A stretch of 64,000 nt of DNA. Source: an uncultured Alphaproteobacteria bacterium (lineage in GTDB: Bacteria > Pseudomonadota > Alphaproteobacteria > CAAGCB01 > CAG-977). Shown here in pieces: positions 54,676 to 62,959 of this stretch. Numbering within the stretch: position 1 is the stretch's first letter; each line of letters begins with the position of its first letter. The position numbers and the translations under genes were made by a program. A model generated the notes under the pieces. It was not told the origin of the DNA. It worked only from the letters and a program-made list of their open reading frames with translations, and searched no databases. Where the stretch lies: the NCBI GenBank assembly GCA_944390195.1, contig CALXOZ010000007.1, positions 18,443-82,442 on the forward strand, read 5' to 3'.

Positions 54676-55985
54676 AAAGCCTCCTGCGGCATCAAGTAGG
54701 TTGTTACCGATGAAGAAGTCAACATGTCCGCATAAGCTTTTTGAACTTCTTCCAAAGTTACTTTTTCTATATTTGACGCCCAATTGTTCAAATCTTTTAT
54801 GGTCAACCCCAACACATAAAAGCGTCCGATCAAATTAGCCGCCGTTTCCGGATTGTCATTCAGGTATTCCAAATCGGAAACCAAACGTTTCTTGGCTTTG
54901 TCGACATCTTTTTGGCGGATTGAGGAAGGATCCAGAAATTGATCCAACTGCTTTTCCAAATCCGCAAGAGGAATGCCTTCTTTTGCCGTCAATGCGATGG
55001 AAAAGGTGCCTCTGTCCAAAGAAAAGCCGGAATAACCGGCGCTTGCCGATCGGGCTGATTTCTTATTGACAATGAAATGCTTGTATAATTTCCCTAAATG
55101 ATATCGTCCCAATATTTCGTCCAAAACGGCGTAAGCATGGCTTTGTTCTTTGTTTTCGGACAGATATGAGGGGACAACGTAGACTCTGAGCAAGGAATGC
55201 AGTTGTGCTTGGGGATGGCGCATTTCTATTTTAGAACGCACGGGGTGGGGCAGAACGAATTGTCTTTTTGAGGTGGCGGTGCGACTGGGGGCGATTTTCC
55301 CGTAATATTTTTGAGCCAAGGGTTTGAGCTCTTTTGCGGTGATGTCTCCGGCGACCACCAAGATGGCGTTGTCAGGCGCGTAATGGGCGCGATAAAAGCG
55401 CTTTACATCTTCCAATGTCAAAGAGGACAACTCTTTTTTCGTTCCAATGATCGGACGGGAATAAGGGTGTTCCGACCATAACAGGTTATTTCTTCGTTCG
55501 CTTAATAAAGCCGAAGGGTTGTTTTCCGTACGCATGAGACGTTCTTCTTTGACGACTTCAAGTTCAGGATCGAATTGCTGTTGCGAAAAACGAAGGTTCT
55601 TCATACGGTCGGATTCTAAAAACATGACTAATTCCAACCGGTCACGTGCAATGTTTTGGTAATAAGCCGTGTAGTCGTACGAAGTAAAAGCGTTTTCACT
55701 GCCTCCGTTGCGCGCGATGATTTTTGAAAATTCTCCGTCGGGAACTTTGGACGTTCCTTTGAACATCATGTGTTCCAATACATGAGCCGTTCCGGATTTG
55801 CCTAAAGGATCATCAATTGATCCCGTCTTGTACCAAACCATGTGTGTAACAACAGGGGCTCGGTGATTTTCGATGACAACGACTTGCATACCGTTATCCA
55901 GTTTGAATGTCTCTGCATTGAAAACGGAACCAAAAGCCGGTGAAAAAAATAAAAACAATGTTAAAAAAAAGATTATGGGGCGCAT
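54672..55985 (-). CDS. M16-family zinc peptidase, catalytic subunit (HxxEH present).
   Basis: GTAHVLEHMMFKGT is the inverted zinc-binding HxxEH motif. Signal peptide MRPIIFFLTLFLFFSPAFG from the ATG at 55985. The track ORF starts with TTG at 56006. Confidence 0.75.
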   Translation of the reverse strand: MRPIIFFLTLFLFFSPAFGSVFNAETFKLDNGMQVVVIENHRAPVVTHMVWYKTGSIDDPLGKSGTAHVLEHMMFKGTSKVPDGEFSKIIARNGGSENAFTSYDYTAYYQNIARDRLELVMFLESDRMKNLRFSQQQFDPELEVVKEERLMRTENNPSALLSERRNNLLWSEHPYSRPIIGTKKELSSLTLEDVKRFYRAHYAPDNAILVVAGDITAKELKPLAQKYYGKIAPSRTATSKRQFVLPHPVRSKIEMRHPQAQLHSLLRVYVVPSYLSENKEQSHAYAVLDEILGRYHLGKLYKHFIVNKKSARSASAGYSGFSLDRGTFSIALTAKEGIPLADLEKQLDQFLDPSSIRQKDVDKAKKRLVSDLEYLNDNPETAANLIGRFYVLGLTIKDLNNWASNIEKVTLEEVQKAYADMLTSSSVTTYLMPQEAL

Positions 55986-56002
55986 TTGTTTCCTCGGCGG
56001 TA

Positions 56003-56293
56003 TCAATTATCCGCTTGAGCGTCAGTGTTTGTAAAAGGTTGCTTTTTCGTTTGAGTGTCAGTATTTGTAAAAGGCTGTTTTTTTGTTTGTTTCGATTTTT
56101 TTGTCGTCTTTTTTGTTTTTTTCTTGACCGTTTTTGCAGGTTTCGGTGCGCGTAACAAATAATCGGGCGGTAAAACCAGCGGGTTGTTCGTTGAAATACC
56201 TTCAGCTTCTGGACCTCGATCCTTGTCCAAAGAATAACGATCCGCACATCCTGAAAGGCAAAGCAACAAAAACAAACAAAATATTTTTTTCAT
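56003..56293 (-). CDS. Small lipoprotein, DUF3035-like, with an internal 12-aa tandem duplication.
   Basis: Start MKKIFCLFLLLCLSGC, with lipobox LSGC. PLVLPPDY resembles the DUF3035 motif, from memory. Lys-rich tail containing QTKKQPFTNTD(T/A) twice. Confidence 0.45.
   Translation of the reverse strand: MKKIFCLFLLLCLSGCADRYSLDKDRGPEAEGISTNNPLVLPPDYLLRAPKPAKTVKKKTKKTTKKSKQTKKQPFTNTDTQTKKQPFTNTDAQADN
56017..56088. repeat. 36-bp in-frame tandem duplication inside the DUF3035-like lipoprotein gene.
   Basis: Units 56017-56052 and 56053-56088 (GAGCGTCAGTGTTTGTAAAAGGTTGCTTTTTCGTTT and GAGTGTCAGTATTTGTAAAAGGCTGTTTTTTTGTTT). Together they encode QTKKQPFTNTD twice. Confidence 0.8.
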
Positions 56294-56303
56294 GATTCCC
56301 TCT

Positions 56304-56930
56304 CTACTTTTCAACCGGCAAAGCCATGATATTCGTACTGAGCATGACTTGTGCGTATTTGTCGGCTATGTTTGCCAAAGCCGTTTCTTGCATTTTCTTG
56401 CCGGATATAACTCTTGTTGCGTCCCATGAAACAACATCGCGGGATGCGGTCAGATCCGCAGCAAGCAAACAGGTGTATCCTAAATGACAAGCGTCGTGGG
56501 CGCTTGCCGAAATTGTCGACGGAGTTGACATACCGGTCAAAATCAATGTGTCAATCCCATGGGATTGCAGGACGGTATGTATTCCGGAACCTGAAAAAAT
56601 GCTGGAAGCGTATTTTGTTTCCACAAGATGATTTTTCCTTGGCACAACAGGAGGATAAAACTCGACCGCATTGCTTTGCGGGGCAAACACAGGGCTCGCC
56701 GGACTTTTTGCCAAATGGCGCACATGAATGCTTAAAATTTTGTGCTTATCCGCCCAATCCATCATTTTTACAGCGCAAGGTAATAGAGTCTCCGCTTCTT
56801 CGACAGGCAAGGCGCCTGTAAAATGTTCCGCTTGAAATTCAATCAATAATAAAGCCGTTTTCTTGCTTTTCAATTTTGTAATGTCCGCCGCACCGGACAG
56901 TTTGCGAAACGTGTTGGGAATTGACGACAT
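56304..56930 (-). CDS. Isochorismatase-family (cysteine hydrolase) protein.
   Basis: 208 aa. KKTALLLIEFQAEHF matches the isochorismatase N-terminal strand pattern (ALLxIDxQxxF). There is a conserved Cys region near the C-terminus. Confidence 0.55.
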   Translation of the reverse strand: MSSIPNTFRKLSGAADITKLKSKKTALLLIEFQAEHFTGALPVEEAETLLPCAVKMMDWADKHKILSIHVRHLAKSPASPVFAPQSNAVEFYPPVVPRKNHLVETKYASSIFSGSGIHTVLQSHGIDTLILTGMSTPSTISASAHDACHLGYTCLLAADLTASRDVVSWDATRVISGKKMQETALANIADKYAQVMLSTNIMALPVEK

Positions 56931-56931
56931 T

Positions 56932-57456
56932 TTAATTTTCCTTTTTTGTTGTCTGTTCTGGTTGTCTTTCTGGATCGGATAACTTTTCTATCGGAGCGAA
57001 AAATAAATTCCAAATTAAAATAAAACAAGCTCCGACACAAATGGCGGAATCTGCGATATTGAACGCCGGCCAATGGTAATCTCCGATATGAAAGTCCAAA
57101 AAGTCGATAACGGCGCGAAAACGAATGCGATCAATGACGTTGCCTAAAGCGCCGCCTAAAATCAGCCCGAAACAATTGATTGTCGATTGGTCTTTTTCCA
57201 TGGACATCCAATGTAAAACAACACCGCAAACCAATAAGGCGACGACCACTAAAACCCAAGGCATTGCCGGATGATCCGAATGGAGCATGGAAAAGCTTAC
57301 CCCTTTGTTCCAAGCAAGCACGAAATTAAAAAAAGGAGTGATCTTGACAGGTGAAACGTGGTCGGAAAAGTAAAACAAAACAAAAGCTTTGCTGATTTGA
57401 TCCGCCAATAAAACAGCTAAGCCGTAAAATAATCCTTTTTTCATTCCTTGTGTCAT
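56932..57456 (-). CDS. lspA: Lipoprotein signal peptidase (signal peptidase II).
   Basis: 174 aa with four TM segments. NxGxAF-like (WNKGVSFS) and FNIAD motifs typical of LspA. The start overlaps the ribF stop. Confidence 0.85.
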   Translation of the reverse strand: MTQGMKKGLFYGLAVLLADQISKAFVLFYFSDHVSPVKITPFFNFVLAWNKGVSFSMLHSDHPAMPWVLVVVALLVCGVVLHWMSMEKDQSTINCFGLILGGALGNVIDRIRFRAVIDFLDFHIGDYHWPAFNIADSAICVGACFILIWNLFFAPIEKLSDPERQPEQTTKKEN

Positions 57457-58370
57457 TTAAGAATCCTTTTGACTGTCTGAGTATCTTTCATAATTTGCAT
57501 TTTCAGTTCTTCCATCGAATTGAAGCGGACTTCCGGACGAATGAATGTCAATAATTTAACACGCAAACGTTTGCCGTACAGATCGCCGTTAAATCCTAAA
57601 ATATGCGCTTCTAATAAAAAACCTTCGCCGTTGACGGTCGGGCGTGTACCGATATTGGCAACCGCTTTGTAATGTTGTCCGTTCATTTCAACGCAAGCCG
57701 CGTATACGCCAATGCGCGGTAAAATGGATTCCTGAGGTTTTATATTGATGGTCGGAAAACCCAAAAGTCGTCCTTGCTGTTTACCGTGAATGACATAACC
57801 TTCGATTTCAAAAGGATGTTCCATCAATCCTGACGCCTTTTCCACTTCGCCGTCACGTAAAAATGACCGGATTCTTGAGGAAGAGATGATTTCTGCATTC
57901 TGATCCCTTAATTTGGGAACGGCGGTTACTGGTAATGACGGATAATGATTGCGAATGTAAGCTATATCGCCTTGCCGGTTTTTACCGAATCCGTAGTCTT
58001 CTCCGACAACGATATGCGCGGCATGCAACCCGTTGATTAAAACGTCATTAATAAAATCATCCGCGCTCATGTCGGCAAAAGAACGGTTGAAGGCAAAAAC
58101 AAAAAAACCGTCGATCGGCAATTGGCAAATGGCTCGGACTTTTGAACGAATCGGGGTGATCCTGAATGTTCTGCCTCCTGGACGGAAAAAACCGCTGGGA
58201 TGCGGTTCAAATGTCATCAAAACAACGGGGCGCTTTTCTTTTCGTGCTATTTTAACGGCTGTTTCCACTACAGCGCGATGACCTTTGTGAAAACCGTCAA
58301 AATTGCCGATTGCGACAACGGCGTTTTGAAATGAGGGCGGAACATTGCGCCATGAGTGAAAAAATTTCAT
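57453..58370 (-). CDS. ribF: Bifunctional riboflavin kinase / FAD synthetase.
   Basis: 305 aa. The N-terminal FMN adenylyltransferase motif is GNFDGFHKGH. The C-terminal riboflavin kinase region (GFPTINI, PRIGVYA) is present. Confidence 0.9.
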   Translation of the reverse strand: MKFFHSWRNVPPSFQNAVVAIGNFDGFHKGHRAVVETAVKIARKEKRPVVLMTFEPHPSGFFRPGGRTFRITPIRSKVRAICQLPIDGFFVFAFNRSFADMSADDFINDVLINGLHAAHIVVGEDYGFGKNRQGDIAYIRNHYPSLPVTAVPKLRDQNAEIISSSRIRSFLRDGEVEKASGLMEHPFEIEGYVIHGKQQGRLLGFPTINIKPQESILPRIGVYAACVEMNGQHYKAVANIGTRPTVNGEGFLLEAHILGFNGDLYGKRLRVKLLTFIRPEVRFNSMEELKMQIMKDTQTVKRILK

Positions 58371-58434
58371 TTCAATACTTGTCCTGAAAATTTATAATTG
58401 CCTAAATATAATATACTGTGAAAAAAGGTTAAAG

Positions 58435-59169
58435 ATGTCATTTGTTTTTCCTGTCGTCTTCGGTCATAGGGGAGCCAAAGCGGTTGAAATCGAAAACACA
58501 ATAGAAGCTTTCAGGTATGCTTGTCAATCGGGCGTTCGTTGGGTTGAATTGGATGCGATGCTTTCCAAAGACAAACAACCGGTGGTGTTTCATGATGAAA
58601 CTTTGGATCGCTTAAGCGGTGTACACGCCCGTTTAGACCAATTGACGTTAAAAGAATTAAAGGAAGTTTCTTTGATTAATGACAGACGGATACCCACTCT
58701 TGATGAAGTCTTGGACTGCTTGAACGGGTACGACGGCGGCGTTAATATCGAAATAAAACCTTCTTGCCGGCAAGCGGAGCGCGAAACGGCGCAAAAGGTC
58801 TGGCAAGTCGTTCGTCAAAAGGGGTTCGACGATCCGAAAAGAGTGTTCTTTTCAAGTTTCGCTTGGGATTCTTTGGAAGAAATCGGAAAAATAGCTCCCC
58901 ATATAAAAAGAGGACTGCTGCTTGAGGATCTTCGTCCTGATTGGCGTTTCTTCGCTCGTAAAATTCAAGCCTACTCGATTAACTGTGACGCTCGTTTGTT
59001 GACTGTATCATTAATCAATGAGATAAAAAAAGCGGGGTATCGTTTAATGGCGTATACCGTTAACGACCCCGCTCAAGCTGTTTATCTTTACCGTCATGGT
59101 GTTGACGGCTTTTTTTGCGATGATCCCGTTTCCATGATTGAGGTTTTGAAGAACGTTCAGCGCCTTTGA
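58435..59169 (+). CDS. Glycerophosphodiester phosphodiesterase (UgpQ/GlpQ family).
   Basis: 244 aa. The HRG motif (FGHRGA), ENT, VELD and the HDET-like motif (FHDETLDR) are characteristic of the GDPD family. Confidence 0.8.
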   Translation: MSFVFPVVFGHRGAKAVEIENTIEAFRYACQSGVRWVELDAMLSKDKQPVVFHDETLDRLSGVHARLDQLTLKELKEVSLINDRRIPTLDEVLDCLNGYDGGVNIEIKPSCRQAERETAQKVWQVVRQKGFDDPKRVFFSSFAWDSLEEIGKIAPHIKRGLLLEDLRPDWRFFARKIQAYSINCDARLLTVSLINEIKKAGYRLMAYTVNDPAQAVYLYRHGVDGFFCDDPVSMIEVLKNVQRL

Positions 59170-59885
59170 GCGATGACGCATTGGTACATATCTCCAAAAA
59201 ACGTCTTTTTCACCCAGATGAGTTTGTCTGTTTCAGGGGCAAAGTCCTTGATTTCGTTATACCAAAGGCTTTCAGCGAATGGCTCGTACAAACGGTTGAA
59301 CAACTTGACGGGATATTTTAACAAATGAAATTTTTGAGGGCGGGCATAGTCGATAAAAATCATTTTCCCTCTTGATTTTAAAGCGTTGAATGCTCTTTTC
59401 AATGTGGCTTTTTTGCGTGCGTCCGGCAGTTCGTGTAACACAAAATAGCCAAGCACGACATCATAACGGCAATCATTTTCTATTGTAAAATCCCGTTTTT
59501 TCATTTCCACATTCAACCAAGGCGAAACTCGCCGCTTTGCGGCTTGGATATGGGCGAAGGAAACGTCTTCAATGTGATAAACCCCCTGCGAATCCATTCT
59601 TGAAGCAACGTTTCTTTCAAATGAACCCGACGCTATCCCCAACTGCAAAACATCATTGCCGGGAACGATTTCGCTGGTAACGATTTTGGTTAATTTCCTG
59701 CCGTAAAAAAAATTCCCGAGTCCCGCGACCCATTCGTCATCGAAAAATTTTGATAAAAACGGATCCAGATAACGTCGTTTGTACACGGATTGTAAATATT
59801 CGGGAATGTGAGACTTTTCCTTTTTGGAAGAAAGTCCAGAGGAAGTTAATGAAGTAGAGGAAGTGTCGTTTTTATTTTCAGTCAT
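59157..59885 (-). CDS. Class I SAM-dependent methyltransferase with a low-complexity Ser/Thr-rich N-terminus.
   Basis: 242 aa. Rossmann-like methyltransferase core (VLQLGIASG..., DVVLGYFVLHELPD). The N-terminus MTENKNDTSSTSLTSSGLSSKKEKS is low complexity. Substrate unknown. Confidence 0.5.
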   Translation of the reverse strand: MTENKNDTSSTSLTSSGLSSKKEKSHIPEYLQSVYKRRYLDPFLSKFFDDEWVAGLGNFFYGRKLTKIVTSEIVPGNDVLQLGIASGSFERNVASRMDSQGVYHIEDVSFAHIQAAKRRVSPWLNVEMKKRDFTIENDCRYDVVLGYFVLHELPDARKKATLKRAFNALKSRGKMIFIDYARPQKFHLLKYPVKLFNRLYEPFAESLWYNEIKDFAPETDKLIWVKKTFFGDMYQCVIAQRR

Positions 59886-59888
59886 TAT

Positions 59889-60515
59889 TTAATCAATCAG
59901 TCCTAATTTCTTTCCGGCAATTACAGCTCCGGTCCGGTTGGCAACATTAAGGGTTTTTAAAATGGCGGTTACATGAAGTTTGACGGTTCCTTCAGATAAG
60001 TCCAGCTCTTTGGCTATGATTTTGTTGGATTTGCTTTGTCCCATCAAGCGCAAAACATCCAGTTGTCGCGGGGTTAACAGCCCCTTGTGTTCCAAAGGGG
60101 GGTGCGTATGTTCGGACAGATTCAACAATTCCGTGGGCAGGTACAAACCGCCCGATAAAATTAACTGTAATGCGCTTAAAATTAATTTGCTTGACGCGGT
60201 TTTGGGAATGAAACCCGAAGCGCCGATATCAACGGCTTGTAAAACATTTTCGGATTCCGTTACAGCCGATAAAATGACAACGGGTGTTTCCGGATTGTGT
60301 TCCTTTAATAAACGCAACGATTCACGCCAGTTCAATCCAGGCATTGCTAAATCGGTCAGAATGAGGTCGTAAAAAACGGTTCCGTCTGCTTTTTCCTGCA
60401 ATTCCTTGTGGTTGTGTACGGTATCAATAGCGATATTGCTATCCAAACCGGATAAAACCAAACGCAACCCGTCTAAAAACAATTCGTGATCATCGGCAAT
60501 TAAAATTTTCAACAT
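59889..60515 (-). CDS. Two-component response regulator, NarL/FixJ (LuxR-type HTH) family.
   Basis: Track ORF runs to 60560. The ATG at 60515 gives MLKILIADDHELF..., with phospho-acceptor DLAMPG and a C-terminal LuxR HTH (LTPRQLDVLRLMGQSKSNKIIAKELDLSEGTVKLH). No histidine kinase gene is adjacent. Confidence 0.75.
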   Translation of the reverse strand: MLKILIADDHELFLDGLRLVLSGLDSNIAIDTVHNHKELQEKADGTVFYDLILTDLAMPGLNWRESLRLLKEHNPETPVVILSAVTESENVLQAVDIGASGFIPKTASSKLILSALQLILSGGLYLPTELLNLSEHTHPPLEHKGLLTPRQLDVLRLMGQSKSNKIIAKELDLSEGTVKLHVTAILKTLNVANRTGAVIAGKKLGLID

Positions 60516-60577
60516 TGGAAACTCCGATCTGTTTAAGCTATAGTGTAATGGTAAAAACAATTTAAAAACAGGAAAAA

Positions 60578-61822
60578 ATGTTTAAAGGAAAAGTTTTTGA
60601 TCTAGGGCGCCAAGGAGACGGCGTATTGAAGCATGACGGTGAAAATATCTTCATACCGGGAGGGCTTTGGGGCGAAACGGTGGAATACGAGATTGTCGAC
60701 CGTCAACAGGGGCGTTTGACAAAAATTCTGGATCCTTGTGTGGACAGGGTTCAACCTGTTTGCTCTTTTTTTTATGAGTGTGGCGGGTGTAATTTACAAC
60801 ACTTGAATGTTGAAGCCTACTGTCGTTTTAAAATGAAGTGTTTGAAAGAGTTGCTCAAATCCGCAGAGATTGTAACGGATTTTGACGATCCGGTTTTTAT
60901 CAAACCGGAAAGTCGCAGACGTGCAACTTTCGCTTTTTCTTGGGACGGATCGAAACGGCGATTCGGTTTTAACGCAAAACACAGTACAAAAATTGTAGAA
61001 ATAAATTGTTGTACTGTTTTGGTTCCGGAACTGGAAAAGCTGATACCGGCTTTGCGTTCGTATTTAAAGGATCAAAAACATTTTTTCCCCAAAAAATCAG
61101 GTGCGGGAGACATATTTGTCCAGTTGACGGATAGCGGAGCGGATATTTTGATCACTTTTCCTTTCAAACCTGATTTGCAATGGCGCCAAAGTGCCGCCGT
61201 CTTCAGCCATGAAAATGATATTGCCCGTATTTCTTGGCGTACCGGTGTAAATCAAGAACCGGAACCTGTTGTCATGTTACATGTACCGGAAATAAAAATC
61301 GGCGATTTTATTTTGTGTCCTCCTGCGGGCGCTTTTTTACAGCCCAGTGTTGAAGGACAGCAGGTTTTAACGCAAACGGTCGTCGAATATGCCGGTAAGG
61401 CGAAAAGAATTTGCGATTTATTTTGTGGAACAGGAACGTTTGCCTTGTCTTTGCTTAAAAAGAAAAGAACTGTCGTCGGGGTGGACAATGTTTCTTGTGC
61501 TTTGTCGGCTTTGTATGCCGCTTCCTCAAGCAGAATAAAAACACATCTGCGCGATTTGTTTGAAACCCCTCTTTATCCTGATGAACTTGACGGTTTCGAT
61601 GCTGTCGTTTTCGATCCGCCCAGAGCCGGTGCAAAAGCGCAATGCGAACAACTCGCCTTATCGGACGTACCGCGTGTCATTGCTGTTTCTTGCAATCCAG
61701 TAACCTTTATACGGGACGCCCGTATTTTAATGCAGGGCGGTTACCGATTAAATCGGTTGCGTCCGGTTGATCAATTCGCTTTTACCCCCCATATGGAACT
61801 GGTCGCCTTGTTTGAAAAGTAA
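60578..61822 (+). CDS. 23S rRNA (uracil-C5)-methyltransferase, RlmD/RumA-like, with TRAM domain and 4Fe-4S cluster.
   Basis: 414 aa. N-terminal TRAM region, a Cys cluster (CSFFYECGGCNLQH...C), SAM motif DLFCGTGTF and a C-terminal catalytic Cys region (VSCNP). Confidence 0.75.
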   Translation: MFKGKVFDLGRQGDGVLKHDGENIFIPGGLWGETVEYEIVDRQQGRLTKILDPCVDRVQPVCSFFYECGGCNLQHLNVEAYCRFKMKCLKELLKSAEIVTDFDDPVFIKPESRRRATFAFSWDGSKRRFGFNAKHSTKIVEINCCTVLVPELEKLIPALRSYLKDQKHFFPKKSGAGDIFVQLTDSGADILITFPFKPDLQWRQSAAVFSHENDIARISWRTGVNQEPEPVVMLHVPEIKIGDFILCPPAGAFLQPSVEGQQVLTQTVVEYAGKAKRICDLFCGTGTFALSLLKKKRTVVGVDNVSCALSALYAASSSRIKTHLRDLFETPLYPDELDGFDAVVFDPPRAGAKAQCEQLALSDVPRVIAVSCNPVTFIRDARILMQGGYRLNRLRPVDQFAFTPHMELVALFEK

Positions 61823-61823
61823 T

Positions 61824-62459
61824 TTACTCTTCATCCTCTTTTTGTAAATTCCTGCAAGCGAACTGTAAAAAGCTGGCAATCAGATTTTCATTCCACACTT
61901 TAATATTATGAGGGACTTTTAAAACTGCCGGTGTGAAATTCCAAATATACTTTATATTGGAGTCGATCAAGAACTCGGCTGTTTTTTGCGCGCAAGCGCG
62001 TGGTACAGTTAAAATGGCCAGTTCTATTCCCAACCGTTGCATCAGATTGGGCAAACGGGAAATATGAAAAATTTGTTTGTTATTGACAGTCATGTCGACT
62101 TTTTGAGGGTCGTTGTCAAACAAAGCCAATATGTTCAGACCGTAGTCGTTAAAGGCACTGTATTTCGCCAAAGCCAGTCCTAAATGTCCGGCGCCGACGA
62201 TAACGGCATCTTTGGTCATCTTAAATCCCAAAGTGTCTTCAATCGAATCCTTTAGCGCGTGCACGCTGTAACCGACACGGCAACGACCGGCATTGTTGAG
62301 CAGCTTGAAATCCTTTCGCACTTGAGAATCGTCGATATTCAAGCGTGCGGCGATTTGCGGGCTGGAAATCGTGTCAATATCGTTATCAATGTATTCTATC
62401 AGAATACTGTGGTAAAGCGTCAAGCGTCCCAGTACTTTTTCAGGGATTTCTGTTTTCAT
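61824..62459 (-). CDS. rex: Redox-sensing transcriptional repressor Rex (NADH/NAD+ sensor).
   Basis: The ATG at 62459 gives MKTEIPEKVLGRLTLYHSIL... The winged-helix N-domain, the Rossmann motif AVIVGAGHLG, and the AILTVP and NFTP motifs match Rex. The track ORF starts at TTG 62477. Confidence 0.8.
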   Translation of the reverse strand: MKTEIPEKVLGRLTLYHSILIEYIDNDIDTISSPQIAARLNIDDSQVRKDFKLLNNAGRCRVGYSVHALKDSIEDTLGFKMTKDAVIVGAGHLGLALAKYSAFNDYGLNILALFDNDPQKVDMTVNNKQIFHISRLPNLMQRLGIELAILTVPRACAQKTAEFLIDSNIKYIWNFTPAVLKVPHNIKVWNENLIASFLQFACRNLQKEDEE

Positions 62460-62645
62460 GGCAATTCCTAAATTCAAATACCCTTTAAGATCGACAGTTT
62501 AGGCTGAAAAAGTAAAAAAATCCAGTCTGGATTTCATTTATTTGAGATTTTTTTCACTATTTCAAACGGCACAGAAATAAAGGATTTTTCTGAAAAATAT
62601 TTTCTGTAACGATTGATTTTTGTTCTTTGTTAAGCTAGATTTTGC

Positions 62646-62659
62646 GTGAACAAAATCAC
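62646..62659. promoter_or_regulatory. Candidate Rex operator (GTGA-N6-TCAC) in the divergent rex / ferredoxin promoter region.
   Basis: cGTGAacaaaaTCACt matches 8 of 10 positions of the TGTGA-N6-TCACA Rex consensus. It is centred about 30 bp upstream of the ferredoxin ATG (62683). Confidence 0.4.
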
Positions 62660-62682
62660 TAATTCCAAAGATGAGGAAAATA

Positions 62683-62955
62683 ATGTCCGAAAACGGGAAA
62701 ATAGCCATTACAGTGTGTATGGGAAGTTCATGTTTTGCACGCGGGAATGCGGAAAATCTGTCTTTTATTGAAAATTTTGTTAAAGAAAAAAAATTGGATG
62801 CTAAAATCGATTTGTGCGGGGCACGTTGTGAAAACAAATGTGCGACAGGGCCGCATGTGAAAATCAACGGTACGGTATATTGCGGTGTTACGCCGGAAAT
62901 GCTTAAAGCCGTCTTGAATAAAGCTGTGGAAGGAAATAAAGTTGTAGAAGGATAA
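62683..62955 (+). CDS. Thioredoxin-like [2Fe-2S] ferredoxin (NuoE/HndA-type), standalone.
   Basis: 90 aa from the ATG at 62683, preceded by an AGGA SD. Cys motif CMGSSCFARG...CGARCENKCATGP (Cx4C...Cx3C). Confidence 0.7.
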   Translation: MSENGKIAITVCMGSSCFARGNAENLSFIENFVKEKKLDAKIDLCGARCENKCATGPHVKINGTVYCGVTPEMLKAVLNKAVEGNKVVEG

Positions 62956-62959
62956 TTCA

